64,000 bases of DNA from Desulfobacterales bacterium (GCA_963668645.2 CAXXWC010000021.1:1558114-1622113); one strand, 5' to 3'; shown: positions 40,368 through 50,716, numbered from the stretch's first letter. Notes: a model not told the origin generated them from the letters alone. Made by a program: numbers and translations.

Positions 40368-41519
40368 ATGAGCCAGAACCTCTACTTCAACAAGGAACAC
40401 GAACAGGTGCGCAAGGCGGTCCGCGATTTCGTCAACAAGCGGATCAACCCCTTCGTGGACGAGTGGGAGGAGGCGGGCATCGCCCCGCTGCATGAACTTT
40501 TCAGGGAGATGGGGCAGCTCGGGTTTCTCGGGATCCGCTATGACCCGAAGTACGGCGGCGAAGGTCTGGACTACTGGTACGAAACGGTGATGCTCGAAGA
40601 AATCTCCCGCATCAAATGCGGCGCCCTTCCCATGGCCATCGCGGTTCAGACCAACATGGCCACCCCGGCCATCGCCCAGTTCGGTTCCGAGTATCTCAAG
40701 GAGAAATATTTAAAAGCCGCCATCAAAGGCGAAATGGTCGGCGCCATCGCCGTCACCGAACCGGGGGCCGGATCGGATGTGGCCGCCCTGAAGACCTTTG
40801 CCCAACGCGACGGGGACAGCTACGTCATCAACGGTTCCAAGACCTACATCACCAACGGCACCCAGGCCGATTTTCTCACCCTGCTGGCCCGCACCAGCGA
40901 GGCACCGGGCTACCATTCCTTCAGCCTCTTCGTAGTGCCCACCGACCTGCCGGGCTTCAAGATCAGCAAGAAGCTCGACAAGCTCGGCATGCGCAGCAGC
41001 GACACGGCCGAACTTTTCTTCGACGACCTGCGCCTCCCCGCGGAAAACCGCATCGGCCAGGAGGGCGAAGGATTCATCTACCAGATGCAGCAGTTCCAGC
41101 ATGAGCGCTTCTCGGCGCTGCCCATGTGCTACATCGGCGGCGAGGACATGATCCGCGAGACGGTGGAGTACATCCGCGGCCGCATCGTCTTCGGAAAACC
41201 GCTGATCGCCAAGCAGGTCCTGCGCCACCGGCTGGTGCAGTGGCTCAGCGAACTCGAGTGTCTGCGACAGCTCACCTATCACATCGTACGCCTCAAGCAG
41301 GCCGGCCGGGACGCCACCCGGGAGATTTCCATGGGCAAGCTGCTCGGCGGCGATCTTTTGAACAAGATCGCCGACGGCTGCCTGCAGATGTACGGCGGCA
41401 TGGGGTTCATGAACGAGATGCGCGTCTCGCGCTTTTTCCGGGATGCGCGCCTGATCTCCATCGGCGGCGGCGCCAGCGAGGTGATGAGCGACGTGCTGGC
41501 CAAGCTGGAAGGCTTTTAA
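40368..41519 (+). CDS. Acyl-CoA dehydrogenase (citronellyl-CoA dehydrogenase AtuD-like)
   Basis: AVQTNMATP, AVTEPGAGSDV, INGSKTYITNG, KLGMRSSDTAELFF, QMYGGMGF, IGGGASE; AAGGAG RBS. Confidence 0.9.
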   Translation: MSQNLYFNKEHEQVRKAVRDFVNKRINPFVDEWEEAGIAPLHELFREMGQLGFLGIRYDPKYGGEGLDYWYETVMLEEISRIKCGALPMAIAVQTNMATPAIAQFGSEYLKEKYLKAAIKGEMVGAIAVTEPGAGSDVAALKTFAQRDGDSYVINGSKTYITNGTQADFLTLLARTSEAPGYHSFSLFVVPTDLPGFKISKKLDKLGMRSSDTAELFFDDLRLPAENRIGQEGEGFIYQMQQFQHERFSALPMCYIGGEDMIRETVEYIRGRIVFGKPLIAKQVLRHRLVQWLSELECLRQLTYHIVRLKQAGRDATREISMGKLLGGDLLNKIADGCLQMYGGMGFMNEMRVSRFFRDARLISIGGGASEVMSDVLAKLEGF

Positions 41520-41840
41520 AACAAAAAATTACGGGCGGATACCGCGGGACAAGCGCAACTGCAACTTTCTCCGAGAGGCGCTATGGCGACCGGGTGCCTT
41601 CCTGCGGAGCACATCTGCGACATTTTTCGCGGCCGGTAAGAAGAGTTGGCTTGCCCGACGCTTCCGGCACAGCCCCCCATTCCCCATCGATACGCATTCC
41701 AACCAATTTGTTCCGTATCGCGGAAATTTGTTGTCAGGTACGAAACCTTCTCCCTTGCAATGCCGAGTTTCCCTATTTAGAAAATAGTTCTGGGATATGG
41801 AACATACCGCAGCCCTCAACAAGGAGTCACTCATGGAGGC

Positions 41841-43762
41841 CACGGTGAATTTGTTCTATGCCCGTGTTGCGGTCGGCCGGCAGTTGTCAGTCATGGCCAG
41901 ATAGTCGAAGACCAAGCGGACGTTGCGAGCCAGTTGGCGCATTTTTTGCGCCACGCTGCGCACACCTTTGGATTTAATTGCGCTTACGGCAAAGCGGCGC
42001 AACCGGGTGATATTTTCAGGCCCGTGGCCTTTGCGGATACGGCTGCGGTCTTCGTCGAAGTTCCAGTCGATGATGTAATGGCATTTGTTTTCGATGCACC
42101 AATGGCCGCGGTTTATGGCCAGCAGGCATCGGGCGTCGGCCTGCTCGGCAGGTCTACTGGTGATACCGTAAGCAATCTCAAATGATTGTTTGCCGCTTTT
42201 TTTGTCCGTGCATCGGCGTTCGATGACAAAAGCTTGTTGGACGTGAGGAAAGTCGAGAAACTCGTTGAGTTCGGTGGTGGTCCAGATCTTGCGCTCTTCG
42301 ATGCGGCCGTGGTCGGGCGGGTCGCAAAGGATGAAATCGGGTTGGCCGCGGTCTTTGAAGTACAGACCGATGTCGTCGAACAGTCCGGGCTGGTTGTTTT
42401 TGACGGTGAAGTGGTAGTGGGCGCCGCGCTGCTCGACGATGTATTCGGCGAACTTTCTCTGTGTCAGCAGGGCATCGGCGGTGATGTCTTTGTTTTCGAT
42501 CTTGATGGCATCGAGCAGGGGCTGGGCGGTCTTGATTTCGTTGGTGCGCTTGACCTTTTGGTCGTCTACGGCCAGGTTGCCGACTTTTTTTGGGTGTAGC
42601 AGGCACTGGTGGTATGGCCGACAACGCTCATGATGTGGGTCTGATAGCCTTGATCGTCAATGGCGTTGCACATGGTTTTGCCATCGATGGCCAGGCATTG
42701 GTCGCAGCCGGCGTGGATGCTGTTCCATTTTTGCAGGGCGTCGTCGAGGCGTGCCGGATCGACCCGGATGAGCACATCGCGGATGATCGACAGACTCGGC
42801 ACGCTGTAGTGGCCGTTTCGGTAGCGGCATTGGAAGCGCCGGCGTGCTTTTTGTCCGAGGCTGTTGGCCCAATCGGAGATGGCCTGGTAGCCGCGCATGC
42901 CACACAGGGTTGCTGCGGCGGCGATGGCCAAAACGGTTGCCAGACGATGGCGTCGGCCTTGGGGGCGTCGCGGATCGGGGATGTCGGCGAAAAATCGGGG
43001 CAAAGATTGCATATGTTGAGCCGGCAGCATGATTTTAGGATCTCCTGTTTGATAAAGCGGTGGCAGCATGGTCTGTGACAAGAGGGTTTGCGCATCGGGG
43101 CGCAACGGTTTGACAAAAACCATTTTGGGTGAGTCGGCCGTGTCGCTGTATCCTTTGGCGTGCCGATGAAAACCTTTGGAGTTTCCGACCGCAGTCCAGT
43201 TGTCGGCTTTATAGATGGTTCCCTTGAAGCGCGCGGGATCGACGAAGGTTTCGAGCAACAGCACGGGATGTCCGAAAGCGGCTTGCCAGTCGGCGGGCAG
43301 TCTTTTTCGGCACAAGGCCAGGATGCGCGAGGCCATGTTTGGCAGATGCCAGTCGGGCAGGATCAGAAAACGGCTGTTGTTGGTCAACAAATTGAGCCGA
43401 TCGAACTGATGGTTAAAGGGCCAACCGATCCACTGATCGCGAGCAGCACATTTGAGGGCGGGAGCGGAAAAGCTGACCAAGCCGACCCATTGATCACCGA
43501 TACAGGCCGCATATCGCAGGGTTTCACCGATTTTGGGCAAGGCGCCCAAGTAATGATGCCGGTGCATCAAGCTCTGGAAGCGCTGATCTTGATTCCGGCG
43601 AACTAACCGAACAACGACTTGTTTGAGATACAACACATCGCCCCCCATTAACGAAAGATGACCTGCCGGGGAGCTATATAACTGAATATCAAGGGGTTGT
43701 CCAGATGTTTTGATAACCACTTGGAGTTTAATGGCTTATCGAATCAGCACGAAATCACCATG
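41841..43762 (-). mobile_element. ISAs1-family insertion sequence, 1922 bp, 9-bp target duplication
   Basis: Imperfect IRs CACGGTGAATTTGTTCT / CATGGTGATTTCGTGCT (13/17); direct repeat CATGGAGGC at 41832-41840 and 43763-43771; lower GC than flanks. Confidence 0.9.
41856..43648 (-). CDS. ISAs1 transposase with N-terminal DUF4338(DruA)-like domain, joined by -1 frameshift at 42584-42590
   Basis: ORF1: HHYLG, RDQWIGW, NNSRFLILP, LLETFVD, YKADNW, then IPDPR..GRRH, AIDGK; -1 frame: NEI, ITADALLTQ, VKNNQP, HGRIE, RGHWCIEN..H..D..FDED to TAG at 41856; start uncertain. Confidence 0.85.
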
Positions 43763-43763
43763 C

Positions 43764-44549
43764 ATGGAGGCAAGGGTCAAACAGGCGTTGCAGGATATCG
43801 TCGGGGCCGACGGCTTCACCGATCAGATCATCGACCTGGTCAGCTACTCATCAGACGCCTCGGAACACCGCCACCGCCCCGACGCCGCGGTCTGGATCAC
43901 CCAAACCGAACAGGTTTCGCGGATTCTCAAACTGGCCAACCAGGAACGCTTCCCGGTGATCCCCCGGGGGGCCGGCACCGGTCTCACCGGCCTGGCCGTG
44001 CCGGTGCGCGGCGGGCTGGTCATCGACATGGGGCGGATGAACCGCATCCTGGAGGTCCGCATCCCGGACCGCTACGTGGTGGTCCAACCCGGGGTGGTTT
44101 ACGCCGATCTGGAAAACCGCCTGGCGCCTCACGGGTACATGTTTCCCCCGGACCCGGCTTCGGGCAAAGCCGCCACCCTGGGGGGCAACGTGGCCACCAA
44201 CGCCGGCGGTCTGCGGGGCGCCAAGTACGGCACCACCCGCGACTACGTCCTCGCCCTGGAGGTGGTTCTGCCCGACGGCGCCATCCTGCGCACCGGCACC
44301 AAGACGATGAAGACGGCTTCCGGTTTCGACCTGGCCCGGCTCTTCGTCGGCTCGGAGGGGACCTTGGGGATCGTCACCGAAATCACCCTCAAGATCAACC
44401 CCCAGCCGCCGGTCAGGGCCACCTGCTCGGCGGTCTTCGACGACATCCGCCGGGCCGGCGACGCGGTGAGCGCCATCATGCGCTCGGGCATCATTCCGGC
44501 ATGGAATCTCTGGCCCTCGGCTGCCGGACCTGGATCACCGGCATCATGA
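43764..44549 (+). pseudogene. GlcD-like FAD-binding oxidoreductase, 3'-truncated, cut off from its RBS by the IS
   Basis: PRGAGTGLTG, FPPDPAS..ATLGGNVATNAGG, KYGTTRDYV, GSEGTLGIVTE; homology ends at IIPA (~44500); AAGGAG RBS stranded at 41821. Confidence 0.8.
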
Positions 44550-44845
44550 ACGCCGTGCCGCGCTCCTGCCGCCAGCTCATGACGGCGGTCCACCACCGCG
44601 GTGACCTCCCCCTGGCCCGGGAGATCTACTTCAACCAGATCCTCCCCCTGGTGGACGTCATGAACCGCAACAGCAACCCCACCGGCACGATCAAGGCCGC
44701 TGTGACGGCCCGCGGAATCGCGGTGGGCCCGCCCCGCCGTCCCGGCAACGCGCCGGCCGACGACCAGACCCGGGCCATTGCCGGCCTGATGGCCACAGTG
44801 GCCCGGGCCGAGGTGCTCACGGCCCGGAGACTCTCTGCGCCGTGA
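44501..44845 (+). pseudogene. C-terminal fragment of dihydrodipicolinate synthase (DapA)-family protein
   Basis: LALGCRTWITGIMNAVP...GDLPLAREI...ILPL...IKAAV..RG...GPPRRP resembles DHDPS C-terminus; N-terminal catalytic region absent. Confidence 0.6.
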
Positions 44846-45858
44846 ATCACGACCGGGCCTGTACCCCGCCCCCGAGTCCCATCCCGGTGGCGGTCAAGTT
44901 CTGCGGCGGCTGCAATCCGGACTTCGACCGTAGCGCCTACTTCGATGCCATCCGGCGCTCGGCCGGATCGGCCGTCACCTGGACGGATCACGGCGACAAC
45001 CGGGCGGCGCGCCTGCTCTTGATCTGCGGCTGCCCCACACGCTGCCCCCTGCCCGAACTGCCGCCCGCAGCCGACCTGGTGGTGGTCAGCGACGATCACC
45101 GTCCTGCGCCAGAAATCGCGGCGCGCCTGAGCACCCCCATCGACCGGCGGCCCGGACCGCGTTTCATCTACTGGCTGACCCCGGACCGCCTCCGCAAAGT
45201 ACAGGACGCCCACCGCCGTCTTTTCACGACCGACCTGCCCCTGGTGCGCCGCCTACCCTGCCTCGCCTTGAGCGGGCGTCTTACCCTGGCCGCCGTACCC
45301 CCGGAGGCCTGGGACGGACCCTGCCGCCGCCAGGGGAGCTGGTACCGCACCTCGCCGCGCCGCGGCCGGTATCTCGTGGTCAGCGCCAGACCCCTGGCCT
45401 GGGTGCCGGCGGACCCGGCGGCCGAGATCCGCCCCACCGATTTCATCCCCCCTCAACGAGCCGATGAAAAAGCCCGGGCCGCCCTGGTGGCCGATTCGCG
45501 CCTTGACCGCCGCCTGCCGGCCGGATGGATCGCCGCCGGAGAGCTGCCAGGCGCTTCCCTGGCCTGGGCCCGGCGCCTGGGCGCTACGGTGCAAGACCCC
45601 GGCGCGCTGGTGCAGATTCACACCGCCAACCACGCCAACTTCCTCACGCCGCACCTCTTCGTTGAGGATCCTGCTGGCCGCCGCATCCCCTATGCCATCG
45701 ACCGCAGCGCCCATCTCTGCTCGTGCTGCATCGAACTGTTCGCCGTTATCACCCCGCCCGACGGTCAGATGCTCGTGGCCCCGTGCCCCGGAGCGGTGAT
45801 CTGTGCCGGTCTGCCGGCCGATCGCTTCTGGCGGGTCACCACCTTCGATCGGTGTTGA
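44842..45858 (+). CDS. Cys-rich hypothetical protein, probable metal/Fe-S binder
   Basis: VKFCGGCNP.FDR, ICGCPTRC, HLCSCC, APCPG; start overlaps upstream stop. Confidence 0.6.
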   Translation: MNHDRACTPPPSPIPVAVKFCGGCNPDFDRSAYFDAIRRSAGSAVTWTDHGDNRAARLLLICGCPTRCPLPELPPAADLVVVSDDHRPAPEIAARLSTPIDRRPGPRFIYWLTPDRLRKVQDAHRRLFTTDLPLVRRLPCLALSGRLTLAAVPPEAWDGPCRRQGSWYRTSPRRGRYLVVSARPLAWVPADPAAEIRPTDFIPPQRADEKARAALVADSRLDRRLPAGWIAAGELPGASLAWARRLGATVQDPGALVQIHTANHANFLTPHLFVEDPAGRRIPYAIDRSAHLCSCCIELFAVITPPDGQMLVAPCPGAVICAGLPADRFWRVTTFDRC

Positions 45859-45910
45859 AAAACGCGACACGGCTCGGGGCGGCATCGCCCCGTTAGCTTG
45901 AACTTTGTGC

Positions 45911-45968
45911 TTGACAGGCCTGCACAGGATGCATAAAAAGGATTTTATAACCGACTGACCGGTCGGTT
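45911..45968 (+). promoter_or_regulatory. sigma70 promoter and TetR-type operator
   Basis: TTGACA-N17-TAAAAA; palindrome AACCGAC-TGACCG-GTCGGTT at 45949-45968. Confidence 0.6.
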
Positions 45969-46043
45969 CTAATAAATAGAGGTAAGATATTTTTATTTAA
46001 ATACCATATGTTAAGATAGACCCTAAGGTCAGGATTTCAATAA

Positions 46044-46658
46044 ATGCCCCTGCCCGAACCCAGCGCCAAACGCCAAGCCAAAAAGGAACAGATCCTGAGC
46101 GCAGCAGCCGGGATCTTCGCCCGATGCGGCTTTGCCGGCACCCTTATGGCCGACATCGCCGGCGCCGCGGCGGTGGGCAAGGGAACGGTCTACGAATACT
46201 TTCCCAGCAAGGAAGAGCTGTTTTTCGCCGTCTTTCAGTGGACCATAGACCGCATGGAGGCCGCCACCCGGGTCAGCGCCTCCCGGCTGGGCGGCTCGGC
46301 CGCCGACCGGCTGCGGTCGCTGAACCGGACCGTGGTGGCCGCCCTGCTGGAGTTGGAGGCGGTTTACGGCCTGGTGATCGAGTTCTGGGCTGCGGCGGGC
46401 CACCGCAAGATGCAAGAGCGCTTCAAGCAGGCCTTTCGCGAAGGCTACCAGGGGTACCGGGAGGTGGTGACCGCCCTGCTCGAAGACGGCCGGCGCCACG
46501 GCGAGTTCATGCAGAACGTGGACAGCCCTGCCCTGGCGGCCGCCCTGGTGGGGATGTGGGACGCCCTCGGGCTGCAGACCTGGTTCGATCCGGACTTCGA
46601 TGCGCGCAGCGCGGCCGACGCTTTCATCGAGGCCATGATTAGGGGGATCTCCGCATGA
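46044..46658 (+). CDS. TetR/AcrR-family regulator
   Basis: ILSAA..IF...GF..T.MADIA..A.VGKGTVYEYFPSKEEL. Confidence 0.93.
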   Translation: MPLPEPSAKRQAKKEQILSAAAGIFARCGFAGTLMADIAGAAAVGKGTVYEYFPSKEELFFAVFQWTIDRMEAATRVSASRLGGSAADRLRSLNRTVVAALLELEAVYGLVIEFWAAAGHRKMQERFKQAFREGYQGYREVVTALLEDGRRHGEFMQNVDSPALAAALVGMWDALGLQTWFDPDFDARSAADAFIEAMIRGISA

Positions 46659-47434
46659 AAGCGCACAAACTGCCAGATCTCGTCCTGGGCGCCCTTTTGG
46701 CATTGATCCTGACCGCCCCCCTGCCATCGGCTGCCGGGGACCGGCCTCAGGCGAGCGAGCTGGTGCGCCGGGCCTTCGACTATATGCGCGGCCGGGCCTC
46801 GGTCTCGGAGGTCGACATGACGATCCACCGGGTCGACTGGCAGCGCACCATGACCATCCGGGCCTGGACCCGGGGGATGAAACAGAGCCTTTTTTACATC
46901 AGCGCACCGCCCAAGGACGAGGGCAACGGCACCCTCAAGGACGGCCCGCGCATGTGGACCTACAACCCCAAGGTCAACCGGGTGATCAAGCTGCCGCCTT
47001 CGATGATGAGCCAGGCCTGGATGGGATCGGATTTTTCCAACAACGACCTGGCCAAGTCCGACACCCTCATCGAGGACTACACCCACACCATCGACGAAAT
47101 TGCGACCATTGGCGGCCACTGGGTATACACCGTCACCGCCACACCCCGGCCCGCAGCGCCGGTGGTCTGGGGCATGCAGCGGCTCAAGATCCGCGAGGAC
47201 GGCATCCTTCTCCAGGAGGCCTTCTTCGACGAGGACCTGGAGCCGGTCAAGACCATGACCACCTACGACATCAACAAAATCGGTGGCAAGCCCTACCCTT
47301 GCCGCTGGCGCATGCAGGACGCCCAGGATCGGGAAAAGTACACCCAGCTCGAATACCGGCACCTGGAGTTCAAGGACGATCTGCCCGAGCGCATCTTCAC
47401 CCGCGCGGCCCTCCAACAGCCGCCGGCATGGTAA
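46655..47434 (+). CDS. Outer membrane lipoprotein-sorting (LolA-like) protein
   Basis: Signal peptide, PPKDEGNGTL, MWTYNP, WMGSDFSNNDL. Confidence 0.8.
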   Translation: MKAHKLPDLVLGALLALILTAPLPSAAGDRPQASELVRRAFDYMRGRASVSEVDMTIHRVDWQRTMTIRAWTRGMKQSLFYISAPPKDEGNGTLKDGPRMWTYNPKVNRVIKLPPSMMSQAWMGSDFSNNDLAKSDTLIEDYTHTIDEIATIGGHWVYTVTATPRPAAPVVWGMQRLKIREDGILLQEAFFDEDLEPVKTMTTYDINKIGGKPYPCRWRMQDAQDREKYTQLEYRHLEFKDDLPERIFTRAALQQPPAW

Positions 47435-47490
47435 TATTTTCAAGCGGTTGCCAAAAACCTTACAGCCGTATCGTTGCGGAACCTTGACCC

Positions 47491-48729
47491 ATGCCCATCG
47501 AAGACATCAAGCTCGCCTGGCGCAACGTATGGCGCCACCCGCGGCGCACCTGGCTCACCGTGGCAGCCATCGCTTTCGCCTGCCTGCTGCTGGTCTTCAT
47601 GCTCTCGTTCCAGTTCGGCTCCTACGGCACCATGATCGACACCGCGGTGCGCATCCGCACCGGCCACTTCCAGATCCAGGCCCAGGGCTACCAGGAAAAA
47701 CAGCAGATCCGTGACGTGGTCGGCAACCCGGACGCGGTGGCGGCCCTGCTCCAACGGATGCCCGAGGTCAAGGCCCAGACCCGCCGCGCCCAGGCCTTCG
47801 GGCTGCTCTCCTCGCAGGCGCGCACCTACGGCGCCCTGGTGGTGGGCATCGATCCTGAAAACGAGCAAAAAGCATCCTCCCTCGCCCTGCTCGTGCGCAA
47901 GGGCCGCTTTCTGGAACTGGACGACACCAACGGCGCCTTGATCGGCGAACTTCTGGCCGCCAACCTGCAAGTCGGCGTGGGCGACGAGCTGACCCTGCTG
48001 GGCCAGGGCCGCGACGGATCGGTGGCCGCCACCGTGCTCACCGTGCGGGGCATCTACCGCTCGGGCCAGGACGACTTCGACCGCAGCGCCGTGCAGATGC
48101 CGCTGGCGACCTTCGACACGGTTTTTTCCATGCGCGGGGCCGTGCATACGGTGGTGGGCGTCTGCCAGCACCTCGAACAGATCGACGCGGTGCGCCGCGC
48201 CGTTACCGGCCGCCTGCCGGCAAACGGCGGCAAACGGCTGGTATTTCTCGACTGGCAGCAGCTCATGCCCGGCCTGCTTCAGGGAATCGAGATGGACATG
48301 ATCAGCGGATTTATCTTCTACCTCGTGCTGATCATGGTGGTGGCCTTTTCCATCCTCAACACATTCCTGATGGCCATCTTCGAGCGCACGCGCGAGTTCG
48401 GGGTGCTGCTGGCTGTCGGGACCCGGCCCGGGCGTCTCATGCGCCTGGTGCTGGTGGAATCGGCCATGATGACCACGGTGGGCATCGCGCTGGGCATCCT
48501 GCTCGGTTGTGCGGTGACGCTCTATTACCAGGCCCACGGCATCGCGCTGTCCGGTGCGGCGGAGCTGATGCGCCAATACGGCATCCCGGGCCGCATCCAC
48601 CCGCGCCTGACGCTGCTGTCGGCCACCGCCGGGCCGGCGGCGGTGCTGCTGATCACCGTGGCGGCCGCAGGCTTCCCGGCCCTGCGCCTGCGCAGGCTCA
48701 AACCGGTGGCGGCCATGCGGGCGGCATAA
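47491..48729 (+). CDS. MacB/LolE-FtsX-type ABC permease
   Basis: AWRNVWR..RRT, TGHFQI, ILNTFLMAIFERTREFG, LKPVAAMR. Confidence 0.88.
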   Translation: MPIEDIKLAWRNVWRHPRRTWLTVAAIAFACLLLVFMLSFQFGSYGTMIDTAVRIRTGHFQIQAQGYQEKQQIRDVVGNPDAVAALLQRMPEVKAQTRRAQAFGLLSSQARTYGALVVGIDPENEQKASSLALLVRKGRFLELDDTNGALIGELLAANLQVGVGDELTLLGQGRDGSVAATVLTVRGIYRSGQDDFDRSAVQMPLATFDTVFSMRGAVHTVVGVCQHLEQIDAVRRAVTGRLPANGGKRLVFLDWQQLMPGLLQGIEMDMISGFIFYLVLIMVVAFSILNTFLMAIFERTREFGVLLAVGTRPGRLMRLVLVESAMMTTVGIALGILLGCAVTLYYQAHGIALSGAAELMRQYGIPGRIHPRLTLLSATAGPAAVLLITVAAAGFPALRLRRLKPVAAMRAA

Positions 48730-48797
48730 GATCGCCACCCCGCCTTTTTAGCGAAAAGCTGTGAACCCCATCAGGCCCATGGCCTGGAATTTTTCCT

Positions 48798-50018
48798 ATG
48801 CACTTCCAACTCGCCTGGCGCAACATCTGGCGCAACACGCGCCGCACCGGGGTCATCCTGACGGCGGTGGTCATCGGCGTCTGGAGCATGATCTTTTTGG
48901 GCGCCCTGATGCGCGGCATGACCGGCGGGATGGTCGCCAACGCCATCGCCACCCTGACCGGGCACGTTCAGATCCATCAGGCCGGCTACCGCCGCGATCC
49001 TTCCGTCGAGCACCGCATCGGCGACGTTGCGGCGGTGGCCCGCGCTCTTGAAACCGTCCTTCCGGCCGGCGCCCATACCGCCCGGCGGGTGCGGGTGGCG
49101 GCGGTGGCCAACAACGCCCGGCATTCCACTGGCGTGACCCTGGTCGGTATCGAACCCCAAGCCGAGGCAAAGGTCTCTTTTATCGGCCGGGCGGTGAAAG
49201 AGGGCCGCTACCTGCGGCCGGACGAGAGCAACGGCATCCTCGTGGGCCGGGCCCTGGCAGAGCGCTTCGGGACCGGCATCGGCCACAAGCTGATCCTCAT
49301 GAGCCAGGACCGCCACCAGGAGATCGCCTCACGCGCCTTTCGCATCCGCGGCATCTACCGGGCCGAAATGGAGGCCACCGAAAAGCAGTTCGTCTTCGTC
49401 CCCCTCGACACGGCCCGCAAGATGCTCGACATCGGCGCCGATCTGTCGGAAATTGCCGTCGTGCTGCCGGATGCGGCCCAGGCCGGCCCGGTGGCCGCGG
49501 CCCTGAACCAGCAGCTGCCCGCCGGGACCGAAGCAGCGGACTGGCATGAGCTGCTGCCCCTTGTGGAAGCCTATATCCGGTTGATGGACGGTTTTATCGG
49601 CATCTGGTTTCTGGTCGTCTTCGTGGCCATGGGTTTCGGCATCGTCAACACCACCCTGATGGCCGTCTTCGAGCGAATGCGCGAGTTCGGCCTGTTAAAG
49701 GCACTGGGCCAGCGGCCGGGGGGCATCGTCAGGGGCGTGCTGACCGAATCGTTCCTGCTGCTGCTTTGCGGCATGGCCGCCGGCAACCTGCTGGCCCTGG
49801 CCTCCATCCGGGTCCTTGCCGGCCGGGGGCTCGACCTCTCGGTGCTGGCCGCCGGCGCCGAGTATGCCGGGCTGCCGCGGGTGATCTACCCGGTAGTGAC
49901 GGCTGGCGATGTCGTAACAGCCAACGCCGTGGTGCTGATTCTCGGCTTGCTGGTAAGCCTCTACCCGGCAGTCAAGGCAGCCCGCTTTTCGCCGGTGCAA
50001 GCCATGATGCAACACTGA
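48798..50018 (+). CDS. MacB/LolE-FtsX-type ABC permease
   Basis: AWRNIWRN.RRT, TGHVQI, NTTLMAVFERMREFG, YPAVKAAR. Confidence 0.88.
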   Translation: MHFQLAWRNIWRNTRRTGVILTAVVIGVWSMIFLGALMRGMTGGMVANAIATLTGHVQIHQAGYRRDPSVEHRIGDVAAVARALETVLPAGAHTARRVRVAAVANNARHSTGVTLVGIEPQAEAKVSFIGRAVKEGRYLRPDESNGILVGRALAERFGTGIGHKLILMSQDRHQEIASRAFRIRGIYRAEMEATEKQFVFVPLDTARKMLDIGADLSEIAVVLPDAAQAGPVAAALNQQLPAGTEAADWHELLPLVEAYIRLMDGFIGIWFLVVFVAMGFGIVNTTLMAVFERMREFGLLKALGQRPGGIVRGVLTESFLLLLCGMAAGNLLALASIRVLAGRGLDLSVLAAGAEYAGLPRVIYPVVTAGDVVTANAVVLILGLLVSLYPAVKAARFSPVQAMMQH

Positions 50019-50035
50019 AAAGATGGGACCCTCAA

Positions 50036-50716
50036 ATGCCGATTGTCTCGTGCAGCGACGTCACCAAAACCTATCGCCAGGGAAAAATCAGCGTACCGGC
50101 CCTGCGGGGGGTGGACCTGCAGATCGAAACGGGCGAGTTCACCGCCCTGGCCGGCCCTTCGGGCTCGGGCAAGACCACCCTGCTCAACCTCATCGGCGGC
50201 CTGGACTCTGTGGACGGCGGCGAAATCACGGTGGACGGCCACCGGCTGCGCGAGGCAGGCCCCAGCGCCATGGCCGACCTGCGGTTGCGGCGCATCGGCT
50301 TCGTATTCCAGGCCTACAATCTCGTGCCGGTCCTTTCCGCCGTGGAAAACGTCGAATACGTCATGCTCCTCCAGGGGGTGCCTCGCAAGGAACGCCGCGA
50401 GCGGGCCCTGGCCATGCTCGATGCTGTGGGGCTGGCCGAAAAGGCCCGCCACCGGCCGGCCGAGCTGTCCGGAGGCCAGCAGCAGCGGGTCGCCGTGGCC
50501 CGAGCCATCGTCTCCAACCCGGCCATCGTGCTGGCCGACGAGCCGACGGCCAACCTCGACTCGGCCACCGGCAAGGACCTGCTCGAAACCATGATGCAGA
50601 TGAATGAAGAGCGGCAGGTGACCTTCATCTTTTCCACCCACGACCGGCAGGTGATGGAGCACGCCCGCCGCATGGTGCGGATCCGTGACGGCCGGGTCGT
50701 TGAAGACCAGGGGTGA
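50036..50716 (+). CDS. LolD-type ABC ATP-binding protein
   Basis: GPSGSGKTT, IGFVFQAYNL, LSGGQQQRV, LADEPTANLD, STHD. Confidence 0.92.
   Translation: MPIVSCSDVTKTYRQGKISVPALRGVDLQIETGEFTALAGPSGSGKTTLLNLIGGLDSVDGGEITVDGHRLREAGPSAMADLRLRRIGFVFQAYNLVPVLSAVENVEYVMLLQGVPRKERRERALAMLDAVGLAEKARHRPAELSGGQQQRVAVARAIVSNPAIVLADEPTANLDSATGKDLLETMMQMNEERQVTFIFSTHDRQVMEHARRMVRIRDGRVVEDQG

Noticed and set aside
42566..43720. Druantia anti-phage system
   Set aside because: The DUF4338-like domain lies inside an IS and is fused to a transposase; no DruE helicase or other dru genes
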